In this document: positions 1 to 9,478 of the stretch, piece by piece
Position numbering within the stretch: the first letter of the stretch is position 1
Layout of the letters: each line of letters starts with the position of its first letter
Source: an uncultured delta proteobacterium
GTDB lineage: Bacteria; Desulfobacterota; Desulfobacteria; Desulfobacterales; B30-G6
Direction: 5' to 3'
DNA length: 64,000 nucleotides
NCBI GenBank assembly: GCA_963823335.1
Contig: CAWGLD010000005.1
Coordinates: 224,001 to 288,000, forward strand
The notes under the pieces: model-generated
Seen by the model: the letters and a program-made list of their open reading frames with translations, nothing else
What the model was told of the DNA's origin: nothing
The model's database searches: none
Position numbers and translations under genes: made by a program

Positions 1-34
1 CTGCTCGGTCTTTCTTAATAGCGAAACCTTCTGG

Positions 35-199
35 ATTGAAGAAACTCGCAGCAAGCTACGAGGAATGTTCTGCCGTGCGGCAGAACCTACGGGGAATACG
101 CTCGCTGTTACAAGGAGCCCTAATTGGCTCAAACAGCGCAAATCGCCATCGAATCACCCATTTCGCTCTATCTATGGTGAAAACCGAAAGTTGAGTTAA
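35..199. repeat. Composite of REP-like family B (35-111) and right end of MITE family A (112-199)
   Basis: ATTGAAGAA.CTCGCAGCAAGCTACG...CGCTCGCTGTT matches 49656-49707; AAGGAGCCCTAA...CCGAAAGTTGAGTTAA matches about 44452-44539. Confidence 0.8.
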
Positions 200-249
200 T
201 AAAAATAGCGACAACGTCGCGTTTGATAAATTTATGAAATAAATTTATT

Positions 250-278
250 TTGACATCCAGTGGTCTCTTTGTTAGAAT
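250..278 (+). promoter_or_regulatory. sigma70-type promoter
   Basis: TTGACA (250-255), 17-bp spacer, TAGAAT (273-278) with extended -10 TG; 67 nt upstream of ATG 346. Confidence 0.6.
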
Positions 279-345
279 TTACATATCCATAATGAAAACA
301 CTCACATTTTCTAAACCTGACGGCAGCGCAATTAAGGGGGTCGAT

Positions 346-1101
346 ATGTTTAAAAATTGGATGCTATTGGGTGTGACCTTGTGCTTTGTGTTTGCAGCAA
401 TGCCCTCAGTCGCCGTTGATCTGGGTATCCGAGGATACTACTGGATGCCGGGTCTGGATGGGGAGATCAACTACGATTCCGGGACAAATCTCGATCTGGA
501 AGATGATCTAGGGATGGATACGGAATCATACCCTTTGGTTGACATCTTCGCCGGTTTTGGCGACCATCATCTGCTGTTTACCTATTACAAAGCCGACTAC
601 AGTGGCAGTGAAAAGCTGAAGGATCAAATCGAGTTTGGTGGCAGCACCTACCCGGTTGGTGCCGATGTGAACAGCGAACTCAAATACACGGTCATGGACT
701 TTGCCTACCAGTGGGATGCCATCGATCTTGACAATTTTTTGGCCGGCGCTTCTCTGGGACTCGTGGGGAAGGTGAAGTATCTCGATATCACCTCCGCCAA
801 GGTGGAAGAGAAGGGCGGTGAGAGCGAAGAGGTTGATGTTGCAGGCCCGATCCCCATGGTTGGCGCCAATTTACACGTCGGCATTCTGGCAGACCTCATT
901 GAGGCACGATTCCAGGTGACCGGTATGGGTTACAGCGGCAACAGCGTGGTGGAATTTTTTGGGGACGTCTCCTACACCCCGTTTCCATTTGTGGGCATCC
1001 ATGCCGGATACCGCAGCTTTGCCCTTAATGTGGATGTGGATGACCTGGACGCCAACTTCACCACGGCCGGACCCTACGGAGCAATCACGATAGGTTTTTA
1101 A
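346..1101 (+). CDS. Outer-membrane beta-barrel protein (TIGR04219-like)
   Basis: AAGGGGG RBS before ATG 346; signal peptide; amphipathic beta strands; C-terminal GPYGAITIGF ending in Phe. Confidence 0.7.
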   Translation: MFKNWMLLGVTLCFVFAAMPSVAVDLGIRGYYWMPGLDGEINYDSGTNLDLEDDLGMDTESYPLVDIFAGFGDHHLLFTYYKADYSGSEKLKDQIEFGGSTYPVGADVNSELKYTVMDFAYQWDAIDLDNFLAGASLGLVGKVKYLDITSAKVEEKGGESEEVDVAGPIPMVGANLHVGILADLIEARFQVTGMGYSGNSVVEFFGDVSYTPFPFVGIHAGYRSFALNVDVDDLDANFTTAGPYGAITIGF

Positions 1102-1233
1102 AAACAGTTTCAACACTTTCCTGGGACACAATGACTCAGTTTGGGTGAAACATTCAATCCTCGTGCACTTGTATGGATATTTATCCAACTGACCCATCAG
1201 ATTTTTCCAAAATTCAAGATCTCCTTGACATTT

Positions 1234-1405
1234 TAGAAGCCATCTCAAAAAAAGGGTTTTGGCTCAAGTTCAAGGCGGGCCCGAACTTCAACCCGCAGGT
1301 GCCCGCAGGAAATGCCCTTGGGGTGCATACTCAAGTATTCCGAGGAGTTGAAGCAAGGGACCAACACAGAAATTGGGCTAAAAAACTTTTTTGAGATAGC
1401 TTCTA
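1234..1405. mobile_element. MITE-like element, about 172 bp
   Basis: Terminal inverted repeats TAGAAGCCATCTCAAAAAA / TTTTTTGAGATAGCTTCTA (18/19 match); TTAG/CTAG at the ends; no transposase. Confidence 0.75.
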
Positions 1406-1584
1406 GTCGTTTTGCACCGTAACAGCAATCTCGTTTCCTGCGAAGAACCGTGGGAAATGTGTGCGTTATCGCGGTTCAATACGGCCGGAAACCATTTTTA
1501 AAATTATAGAACTGTCTTGGAAAGAAGGAAACGAGAGATTCGCAACCGATGCGGTATCGTTCAAGCCGGCAGCGTACATATGAT

Positions 1585-2373
1585 ATGAAAAAGCAGGATA
1601 ATGGCAAAAATTCAAGCCGGCTGATTTCCCTGGCCGCTTCCATAACTGAAACCCTTTTCGCTTTGGGCTTAGACGACCGAGTGGTTGGCGTAACGGATAC
1701 CTGCGATTACCCTCCCAAAGTTTCGGATCTGCCGAACATCGGCTGCTGGTTCGAACCAAACTTGGAGACGCTTTACAGCCTAAAGCCGGACCTGGTCATT
1801 GGTTTGGAGACCGCCCATAGCGAATTGGCTGTACCGCTGAAACAAGCCGGTATCGGATTGAAGCTGATCAACCCGACAACCGTAGACCAGGCGATTGGAG
1901 TAATCGCCGAACTTGGAAGTTTTCTGGGGGCTGGCGAGGCAGAAATAATAGTGGATAGATTGAACACAAGGCTTAAGGCTTTGGACAACTCTGTTGCCAA
2001 AATACGTCGCTGTGACAGATTAACAACCTGCCGGATTCTTGAATTTGACGCAGGAGAGGTTTACGTGGCCGGCCCTTTGTCTTTCCAATACGACATTATC
2101 AGGCGGGCGGGTGGGATCAATGTCACCTCGGCACTGGTTGAGGCCTACCCGCGTATACTCCTGGAACAGCTTGTCGAACTTGACCCGAGTTTTATTTTTT
2201 ACTGCGGGTACAACCTGGATTACTTGGATAAAATGATGGGGAATCCGACCTGGCGTTCGATGCGTGCTGTTGAAACAGGTCGGGTTTATCGCTTTCCCTG
2301 CGAGTTGACCTGCCGTTTTGGACCCCGTATTGTGGATATGACCGAATTGCTTTATCAAAGATTGTATATCTGA
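1585..2373 (+). CDS. BtuF-like corrinoid-binding protein with no signal peptide
   Basis: RLISLAASITETLFALG, VVGVTDTCDYP, PNLETLYSLKPDLV, RFGPRIVD; paralogous to 33262-34176; start uncertain. Confidence 0.75.
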   Translation: MKKQDNGKNSSRLISLAASITETLFALGLDDRVVGVTDTCDYPPKVSDLPNIGCWFEPNLETLYSLKPDLVIGLETAHSELAVPLKQAGIGLKLINPTTVDQAIGVIAELGSFLGAGEAEIIVDRLNTRLKALDNSVAKIRRCDRLTTCRILEFDAGEVYVAGPLSFQYDIIRRAGGINVTSALVEAYPRILLEQLVELDPSFIFYCGYNLDYLDKMMGNPTWRSMRAVETGRVYRFPCELTCRFGPRIVDMTELLYQRLYI

Positions 2374-2476
2374 AACTGAACCTATTTGGTGTTACCCGAC
2401 AACCCGGATAGTCGTTTATACTTTGATCTGCCAGGCTAAAAAGGGAATATTAGGAAATATACACAAGGAGGGTATT

Positions 2477-2842
2477 ATGACAAAACTCACTGACGAAGCT
2501 AAAAAGGCTATTGGCGAAATTCGCCCATCGTTGGTTGCTACGGCAAGCAGGACAGGAAAACCAAATGTCTCCGCTAAAGGGTCGTTTCGTGTTCTGGATG
2601 ATGAAAACGTTATATTTGCAGACATAGCGTCTCCCCGAACTGTCGCCAACATCAGGGAGAATCCCCAGGTGGCCATTATCTGCTTGGACGCTGCGACGCG
2701 AAAGAGCTGCCGGATTTGGGGGAAGGGCAGTATCCTCACCTCAGGCGAACTCTTCCAACAATTAGCCGCTGAATATGCCAAGAAGAACATGGAAGTGAAA
2801 AATGTGGTAAAAGTGGCTGTGGAGGAGGTTGAGACCTTTTAA
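2477..2842 (+). CDS. Pyridoxamine 5'-phosphate oxidase-like FMN-binding protein
   Basis: AAGGAGG RBS; VATASRTGKPNVSAKGS, RTVANIRENPQVAI motifs. Confidence 0.8.
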   Translation: MTKLTDEAKKAIGEIRPSLVATASRTGKPNVSAKGSFRVLDDENVIFADIASPRTVANIRENPQVAIICLDAATRKSCRIWGKGSILTSGELFQQLAAEYAKKNMEVKNVVKVAVEEVETF

Positions 2843-3649
2843 ATGGCCAGACTGGGGATAATTGCCTGCCAAATCCTTGAGCTTGAGTTAGCCCATCTGC
2901 TTGTCAATGACATCGAGGTATTCGGTATTACCGTACTTGATAACGGTTTTGGCGATGGATTTTTTCGAGCGCTGAAACAGAAAGGGGAGAAAGCACTCAG
3001 GCTCACCGGAGACACGGGGAAGTATCTATCGCTCGAACCAGATCAGCTTGAGGTTGTTGTTCAGATCATGGAGTTAGGCCTGCACACGGTAATCAGAGCC
3101 CTCCGAACAACTGTGATCGATGCAGTGTCGGAGATGAGCACGCACGTGGATGCAATAGTGCTCGGGTATGGTCTGTGTGGGAATGCGCTCGACAATCACC
3201 AAGAGATCATCAGGGATATCGATATCCCCCTATTCATGCCCATGGATGAGGATCATACTGTGGACGACTGTGTCGGGCTTATCATTGGCGGACGCAAGGC
3301 TTATTATGAAGAGCAGTGCAAAATTGCCGGCACTTTTTTTATGAATGCCGGTTTTTCCCGTCATTGGAAGGACCTTTTACAGAAAGCGAATGCGGTTAAG
3401 TTTGATGAGGCGATGTCCAAGCGTATCATGGCGGGATATGAGAGAAGTCTTTTGCTGATCACGCCGGTTCTTTCCGAAGAGGAGATGGCTGCCAACATAG
3501 AAGATTTCAATCAAACATATGGACTGCGGACCGAGGTTCGTAAGGGAACGCTGGAGATTCTCGAGAGAACGTTGGTCAGGGGAAAGAATTTCGTATTGAA
3601 AAAAGGCGATAACCAGCATACTGATCGCGAAAAAAGAGCGAAAACTTAG
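2843..3649 (+). CDS. DUF1638 family protein (corrinoid methyltransferase-associated)
   Basis: IIACQILE, ELGLH, LGYGLCGNAL, DDCVGLIIGG motifs; starts directly after the upstream stop. Confidence 0.8.
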   Translation: MARLGIIACQILELELAHLLVNDIEVFGITVLDNGFGDGFFRALKQKGEKALRLTGDTGKYLSLEPDQLEVVVQIMELGLHTVIRALRTTVIDAVSEMSTHVDAIVLGYGLCGNALDNHQEIIRDIDIPLFMPMDEDHTVDDCVGLIIGGRKAYYEEQCKIAGTFFMNAGFSRHWKDLLQKANAVKFDEAMSKRIMAGYERSLLLITPVLSEEEMAANIEDFNQTYGLRTEVRKGTLEILERTLVRGKNFVLKKGDNQHTDREKRAKT

Positions 3650-3722
3650 ATTGATCCGCAACAGCGAGCGCTTTTGCGCTGATTGTTCTACAAACCGGGT
3701 GCTGAGCACGCGTTTCTTCAAT
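3650..3722 (-). repeat. Degenerate REP-like family B copy
   Basis: Ends ATTGATCCGCAACAGCGAGCGC and TTTCTTCAAT match 55715-55833. Confidence 0.55.
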
Positions 3723-3829
3723 TTGCTTATTGCCCTCGCGAATAAGCGACAACGTCACAGCCTATAAAATCGATTCTATAATTTTATCCGCCCTCGCAGA
3801 ACCCCACGGGCTTGCCCGTGAGGTCCCAT

Positions 3830-4180
3830 TTAAAAATTAAAAACCTTTCCCTCAGCAATCAAATCGATTAGGTGAGGTGCGCCGTCCAGCAGCATATTGG
3901 AAAAAAACTTGGCCTCGTCCACCTGACGAGCGTTTGCGCACGGCGGTCAGACACCTATGGGAACTTCATTTTCGACCAAATAGGGTAAGTAATCATCGGG
4001 GCAGTCACCGGTAACGCTCTTTTCTTTGAAGTCGCGGGTGTTATCGGCCCACTTGACGCCATCCTCGATCAGGAAGATATTTACATTGTGCCCCTTTTCA
4101 TGGGTAAATTTTGCGAATTGAAAACATCTTGTGGCCAGATTGACATCATTCTTGCTGAGCGTGTATACAAAATTTGCCAT
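3830..4180 (-). CDS. DsrE-family selenoprotein (U-P-P-C), 116 aa
   Basis: GAGGAGG RBS; GHNVNIFLIEDGV DsrE motif; UGA at 3949-3947 reads through to PPCANARQVDEAKFFSNMLLDGAPHLIDLIAEGKVFNF*; SECIS-like hairpin 3930-3914. Confidence 0.9.
3914..3930 (-). promoter_or_regulatory. SECIS-like hairpin (DsrE)
   Basis: CUCGUC-AGGUG-GACGAG, 6-bp stem; loop starts 22 nt after UGA. Confidence 0.8.
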
Positions 4181-4265
4181 TCCACACCTCCTCTAATGAG
4201 ATATATTCGGTTCCATCGTTTTGGCCCTTTATCCTGTTTCCGGGAGCTAACATCCCTAGCAAGGT

Positions 4266-4778
4266 TCAAAGTTTCTGTTGACGGATCCCTGAGTAAACAG
4301 CTTTGCAGATTTCCGAAATACCTCCCTTTAGACCATCAGGGTTTTTGAATCCCTCGGTTCTTTTCAGGCTTTCAATATAGCCCTCTGCGGTTAAAAAAGA
4401 TTTGAGTCCATGCTCATCCGGCTCATCCGGTTTGATTTGGAACACCCAGCCCTCACCATATGGATCCCGTGATATGAGGGGCACATTCAGTTTTGAACTG
4501 TGGTTGAAATGGATGTGTCCGGAAAGAGGGGCATCAATATATTGGATTTTTCCGGTGATGCAAAAAATGACTGTTTGGCCCCTGGGGACGTGTTGCCCAT
4601 CCGATACAAGCCAGTCCAGATCGTTGATGCCCCCGGCCAGAACCAGGGAGGGTTCCGTGAGCCCGAAGACGATGAATTCTTGATTCGATTTGGCCCATAA
4701 TCCCTGCTTCCCAAAATAGCCTCGATCGCCCGGGACGCTTACACGTTTTCCCAAAAATTTTTCAATGACAGCCATCAA
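4266..4778 (-). CDS. GcvH-like (lipoyl-carrier fold) protein with C-terminal extension
   Basis: GLT, TGKIQYIDAPLSG, ISRDPYGEGWVFQIK match H-protein; extra tail GGISEICKAVY. Confidence 0.75.
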   Translation of the reverse strand: MMAVIEKFLGKRVSVPGDRGYFGKQGLWAKSNQEFIVFGLTEPSLVLAGGINDLDWLVSDGQHVPRGQTVIFCITGKIQYIDAPLSGHIHFNHSSKLNVPLISRDPYGEGWVFQIKPDEPDEHGLKSFLTAEGYIESLKRTEGFKNPDGLKGGISEICKAVYSGIRQQKL

Positions 4779-5010
4779 ATCCTCCTAAACCCATGACACT
4801 AAAATCTTTCATGGTGCTAGTTGATCATTAATGTCCTGTGTTGTTATCAGAAGATTATGTGTTGTAGAAAATCGTTTTACAAGCATTATTTTATAGTAAG
4901 AAGGAAGAAACCTCGAAACTGAAAATGCCACGAAAAGAGTATTGATATCTTGAAAAGACCATTGTAACAATACGCATCTTATTTTCATTGTGGCTGAAGG
5001 TGTTTTCAGG

Positions 5011-5961
5011 ATGAGTAAAATCCGGCGATATATTTATCAAACCCAGGGTGTCTGTCCCCCGGAAATTCATTTCCAGGTAAAGGACGCCATTCTTGAAAGT
5101 GTTCGTTTTGTTGGTGGAGGTTGCCCAGGGAATGCCCAACTTGTAGCGCGTCTGCTGGAGAGGAGGCCTATTGCCGAGGTGTTGCCGATCCTAAACGGGA
5201 TCGAGTGCAGCAAAGGAACATCATGCCCGGACCAGTTGTCAGAGGCAATAAGAAGGATGCAGCGCGGAGATCTCCGGCCGACTTCTTCCTTTCGTGTGGA
5301 GCAAGACTTGTCCTCAGAAAAAATGATCGGTCTCATCGGTGACCTAAACGGTGATCACCGGGTACTGCAACAGTTGATCGGATCAATGGCGGCATGTGGC
5401 GTTGAAGCGATTTTTTGCGCCGGTAACCTGACCGGTCCGGAAAAGGCAGATCGAAAGCTGATCAAGGAGATCGACGAAAAGGGTCTTCGGGCCATTACGG
5501 GAGACAGGGACTGGACGTATGCATGTGAAATGGAAGCGGCGAAGTTTCCGTTCATAGACAATAAAACTAGGGATTTTCTCGTCCGCCTACCTCAGGTGAT
5601 CAGCTTTCGCATAGGGGACAGAAATGGCGTGTTGTTTTTCGGCGATTATCTCCAAAGCATGTCGGGATATTCTGATTTTGAACCGTACGCACTGGAAATC
5701 AATATGGTTTGCGGCTTAACGGATTTCATGCGGGACGAAAGCGTATTCCCGGCACTGGAGGCCATGACCCCGCAGTTTCGAGCGGATATCATCGTATTCA
5801 GCCAAACCGGAAGATGGGGACATTGGCACGTGGCTGGCAAAGATTTTATCGGTCTGGGGCCCGCTGTCGGTATGGACGGCATGGCATGGGCGAGCCTGGA
5901 AATCAAATCCGGGGAGTTGAAATTTTCTAAAATAGTCACCAGTAACGCAGGCGGAGTCTAA
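5011..5961 (+). CDS. TSCPD (TIGR03905-like) domain fused to degenerate metallophosphoesterase domain
   Basis: TQGVC..GGGCPGN..CSKGTSCPDQL, then IGDLNGD, CAGNL, TGDRD (calcineurin-like pattern with altered ligands). Confidence 0.75.
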   Translation: MSKIRRYIYQTQGVCPPEIHFQVKDAILESVRFVGGGCPGNAQLVARLLERRPIAEVLPILNGIECSKGTSCPDQLSEAIRRMQRGDLRPTSSFRVEQDLSSEKMIGLIGDLNGDHRVLQQLIGSMAACGVEAIFCAGNLTGPEKADRKLIKEIDEKGLRAITGDRDWTYACEMEAAKFPFIDNKTRDFLVRLPQVISFRIGDRNGVLFFGDYLQSMSGYSDFEPYALEINMVCGLTDFMRDESVFPALEAMTPQFRADIIVFSQTGRWGHWHVAGKDFIGLGPAVGMDGMAWASLEIKSGELKFSKIVTSNAGGV

Positions 5962-5962
5962 T

Positions 5963-6271
5963 ATGGTAGAACTTGTTCTTGTTGATGTGCTGCTAACCGA
6001 TTTCAATCAATGAATCGCCTGTGTCTATATGGCAGAATCGGTAAAGGTTTTACCGGAAGATATCAAGGCGATTATCGACGTTTATGAGTGGGATATGCGT
6101 ACACGTGAGGGTGTACAGCGCTTTAAAGAACTGAAAGCCAAATCCTTGCCGAGTGTCGCCCTGGACGGGAAACTGGTCTGGGAGTCCATTATTCCCATGC
6201 AGGAAGAAATCATTGCCAAAATTCAGGATCTTTACCGCCAAAAGAGTCAAGGAGTTTTAGATGCATCTTGA
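5963..6271 (+). CDS. Thioredoxin-fold selenoprotein (U-I-A-C), 102 aa
   Basis: ATG 5963 with GGAG RBS; MVELVLVDVLLTDFNQ-UGA(6011-6013)-IACVYMAES aligns with QCAACGYMMES of 21079; SECIS-like hairpin 6039-6055. Confidence 0.9.
6039..6055 (+). promoter_or_regulatory. SECIS-like hairpin
   Basis: CGGUAAA-GGU-UUUACCG, perfect 7-bp stem; loop starts 32 nt after UGA. Confidence 0.75.
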
Positions 6272-7241
6272 AGATGTGAATATAGAGGGGTTTAAATCAT
6301 TTTCCGAAGAAACCAACATGAGCTTCCAGCCGGGAATTGGTGTGATTATCGGCAATAACGGTGTGGGGAAGTCAAACATTCTGGACGCGATCGTGTGGGC
6401 GATGGGGGACAATGATCTGAATCGTATTCGCTGTTATGAGCAGGATGAGCTGTTTTTTGCAGGGAGTAAAGATTATCCGCCGGCATCAAGTATACGTGTA
6501 GAACTGAACCTGAAAGAGAGTCAGGAAAAGGACGCTGTTGGAATCAGGTTGGCGCGCGAAATGAACAAAGAGGGCCGTAATCGGTATTATATACAGGAAA
6601 AATCGTGTGATTGGGGCCTGTACAAACAGAATATTGATCGATACCATCTGGCTCATGCACTGAAAACAATTATTCGTCAGGAACACATCAACGACCTGCT
6701 TCGGCTAGATCCCCTGGAACGGGTTCAGTCGATTGGTGAACTGTTAGACAAGAAAGAGGACAATGAGGTGATTGTCCATTTACAGCAGAAAGTCGATCCC
6801 ATTTTCAAACGGTATATGTCCTATCTCATGCCCTCGGCCCATGTGGCCCTTCTCACACCGGAGTTTGACGGGAAGTTTGGAATGGATGTTGAAGTGATGC
6901 TGTCCGGCAACCGCGTGCGTCGTGTGCACCAGCTTTCAGGTGGTGAAAAAGCCGTAACCAGCCTGGCAATTAAGCTGGCCCTGTTTCGCGGGCTTGAAAG
7001 CCCCTTTTATCTGCTCGATGAAGTGGAACCCTCCCTTGACTACACCAACCACAAGTCCATGCAGGCTTTTTTAAAGGACGTTGCTTCCGAGAAACAACTG
7101 ATTATGATTACCCACCTACGCAGCACCATGGAGTTGGCCAACACACTTCACGGGGTACGCACCCGCTGGGACGGATCTTCATTCATGAAGTTCTATTTTG
7201 TTATGGAAGAAAGACTTTTAAGACTCTACAAGTGTTGCTAG
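6261..7241 (+). CDS. Miniature SMC-family ABC ATPase (head domains only), C-terminal CC
   Basis: GFKSF, Walker A GNNGVGKSN, IIRQ Q-loop, LSGGEK signature, LLDEVE Walker B, ITH H-loop; 326 aa, no hinge or long coiled coil. Confidence 0.8.
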   Translation: MHLEDVNIEGFKSFSEETNMSFQPGIGVIIGNNGVGKSNILDAIVWAMGDNDLNRIRCYEQDELFFAGSKDYPPASSIRVELNLKESQEKDAVGIRLAREMNKEGRNRYYIQEKSCDWGLYKQNIDRYHLAHALKTIIRQEHINDLLRLDPLERVQSIGELLDKKEDNEVIVHLQQKVDPIFKRYMSYLMPSAHVALLTPEFDGKFGMDVEVMLSGNRVRRVHQLSGGEKAVTSLAIKLALFRGLESPFYLLDEVEPSLDYTNHKSMQAFLKDVASEKQLIMITHLRSTMELANTLHGVRTRWDGSSFMKFYFVMEERLLRLYKCC

Positions 7242-7361
7242 CCCGGAAACACCACGAACCTGATTGGCCCTGGTGCTAGGTATTTCAGCTAAAGGCAACC
7301 AAAGCATTCCTCGTCAAGTTTTACAAAATAGTCGGGCTAAGCCTGTTTAAAGGGGCACGCT

Positions 7362-8300
7362 ATGCTAACGGAAAAAATCCTCAAGGGGGATATAAAAGCT
7401 GCTGCGCGGTTGATGCGGGATATTGAAGACGACATTCCGGAAACGCACCATGAGCTCAAGCGCTTGTTAGCACATACCGGAGGCGCCCACATCATCGGTC
7501 TGACCGGTGCACCTGGCACAGGCAAATCCACGTTGATAGACAGCATGATCCACCTTCTGCGGAAGGAGGGAAAAAGCGTCGGTATTTTGGCCATCGATCC
7601 CACAAGCCCTTTGTCCGGCGGGGCCATCCTGGGCGATCGTGTGCGCATGCAAAGACATGCCGAGGATAAAAGCGTGTTCATCAAGAGTATTGCCACCCGG
7701 GGTCAATTAGGTGGCCTCGCGCGATCTGCCTTTGGTATCGTTTCGGTCCTGGATGCCATGGGCAAGGATGTAATCCTTGTCGAAACCGTTGGTGTCGGCC
7801 AGGATGAAGTGGATGTCATGCGCCTGGCCCACACCACAATCGTGGTTGTCACGTCGGAAATGGGTGACGGTATTCAGGCTATAAAATCCGGCATATTGGA
7901 GATTGGCGATATCTTTGTTCTCAACAAGGCCGACCAGATGGGCTCGGATACAACACCGAATAAAATCAAGATGATGCTCAACATGCGACAACTCCGGAAA
8001 GGTGCCTGGAATCCTCCGGTTGTGCAGACCATTGCTATTCGTGGTCAAGGTGTCGATGAGCTGCTGCGGCAGGCGCAAAAGCATCTTGTTTTATTAAAGA
8101 CCCAAGGACTGGATCAATTCCGAAAACAAAAGGCGCTTGCCGAACTCACGACCCACTTAAAAACTATTCTGGTTGAGCGTGCCTTATCGACCTTGGAACT
8201 CAAAAATGAGTGGCAAACGATAATTGACGGTATCGTCAAGGGTGAAATCGATCCCTGCAGTGCCGCAGAAGAACTTGTATCTGAACTATTGAAAAAATAA
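7362..8300 (+). CDS. meaB: MeaB/ArgK-family GTPase
   Basis: GAPGTGKST, AIDPTSPLSGGAILGDRVRM, ETVGVGQDE, NKAD. Confidence 0.9.
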   Translation: MLTEKILKGDIKAAARLMRDIEDDIPETHHELKRLLAHTGGAHIIGLTGAPGTGKSTLIDSMIHLLRKEGKSVGILAIDPTSPLSGGAILGDRVRMQRHAEDKSVFIKSIATRGQLGGLARSAFGIVSVLDAMGKDVILVETVGVGQDEVDVMRLAHTTIVVVTSEMGDGIQAIKSGILEIGDIFVLNKADQMGSDTTPNKIKMMLNMRQLRKGAWNPPVVQTIAIRGQGVDELLRQAQKHLVLLKTQGLDQFRKQKALAELTTHLKTILVERALSTLELKNEWQTIIDGIVKGEIDPCSAAEELVSELLKK

Positions 8301-8317
8301 GGGACGATTTACGGAGA

Positions 8318-9364
8318 TCAGGTCTGGGCACGGTCTTTTAGATTTGATTTAAGGCAGGTTCTTAGCTGTTGCAGTATTTCTTCAGCCTGGATATTCCATC
8401 CGATAAATGCCAGTAGCGTTCCTGCTGGTTCCTTCCAATGGGACCATTCAGCTTTGCCTCCAACGAAGTTGACAAAAGCGGCGCGGTCCTGAAACTGAAC
8501 CGGTCCTTTTATACGAAAAAGTTCCCAGGGCAGCCCATGGATAAAAGCGTTGAAACAATCCTCGTCCAGCGCTTCGACGGACTGAAAGGAAAATGTCACG
8601 AACCCGGAAGCATCAATGCCTTTCACGTTTCCACATCCTCCCTCATCAGGTTTTATTTCTCGACTGTCCGAATCCTTTTTCGAGATAGCCGAATCCGGCG
8701 AATAATGCTTGAAGAAGCTGATCGGTTTCAAGTCAACCACATTAGAGGTGTGTTTTTCAAGAAGGGCTGCAGGATCGATATTACACTGGATGGTCGGTAT
8801 CACACGGGTTGTGGGGAAGAGCTCGTGGATTTCTTTCAGGTACGATGATATACGCTGCTTTTGGAGCAGGTCGATTTTGTTCAGTAAAATCAAGTCGGCT
8901 ATTTCAAGCTGATGATAAAACAGAGCCCCGAATATTTCGCGGCCTTCCCACAAATCAGCATCCAGCACGGTAATGGTTTTTGTTAGCGCGAGTTTTCCAA
9001 ACAGGTCTTTTTCCTGGAGTATGGCTCTGATGGATATCGGGTCGGCCACGCCGGAAGGCTCTATCAGAATCCGTGACGGGCTGAAACGTTCCATGATGCT
9101 TTGGAGAGCCTGCCTGAGATCCGCGACGAGCGTGCAGCAGATACATCCGCTGGTCAGTTCGACAACATCCGACCCGCTGTCTTTCAAAAGCGAACCGTCA
9201 ATACCCACATTTCCGAATTCATTCACCAGGACAACCGTACCTGACAGGTCGTCGTCCCATGTCAGAATACGTTTCAATAGCGTTGTTTTCCCTGAACCCA
9301 GAAATCCCGATACTAAAATGACATCTGTGCTGATTTTTTGTGATAATTGAGAAGTATTTTTCAT
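8318..9364 (-). CDS. COG0523/CobW-family metallochaperone GTPase
   Basis: SGFLGSGKTT, NEFG, GCICC, EPSG, NKID, RIKG. Confidence 0.9.
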   Translation of the reverse strand: MKNTSQLSQKISTDVILVSGFLGSGKTTLLKRILTWDDDLSGTVVLVNEFGNVGIDGSLLKDSGSDVVELTSGCICCTLVADLRQALQSIMERFSPSRILIEPSGVADPISIRAILQEKDLFGKLALTKTITVLDADLWEGREIFGALFYHQLEIADLILLNKIDLLQKQRISSYLKEIHELFPTTRVIPTIQCNIDPAALLEKHTSNVVDLKPISFFKHYSPDSAISKKDSDSREIKPDEGGCGNVKGIDASGFVTFSFQSVEALDEDCFNAFIHGLPWELFRIKGPVQFQDRAAFVNFVGGKAEWSHWKEPAGTLLAFIGWNIQAEEILQQLRTCLKSNLKDRAQT

Positions 9365-9478
9365 ATTGATTTCACCTTCCCGATAGTTACACTGCTTTTA
9401 AAATGGTGTCAATTTTGTTATGGTATCACTGTTTGATTTACCGCAGCGGTATGTAAGATATGATTGGAGGTCGGGCGA

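Noticed and set aside
1173-1394. 73-aa ORF
   Set aside because: Lies mostly within the MITE; likely spurious
4266-4268. UGA ending the GcvH-like gene as Sec
   Set aside because: No motif context and downstream translation is not recognisably protein-like
6261-7241. Chromosome-segregation smc or Wadjet-type defence ATPase
   Set aside because: No coiled coil or hinge, no scpAB or jet genes nearby
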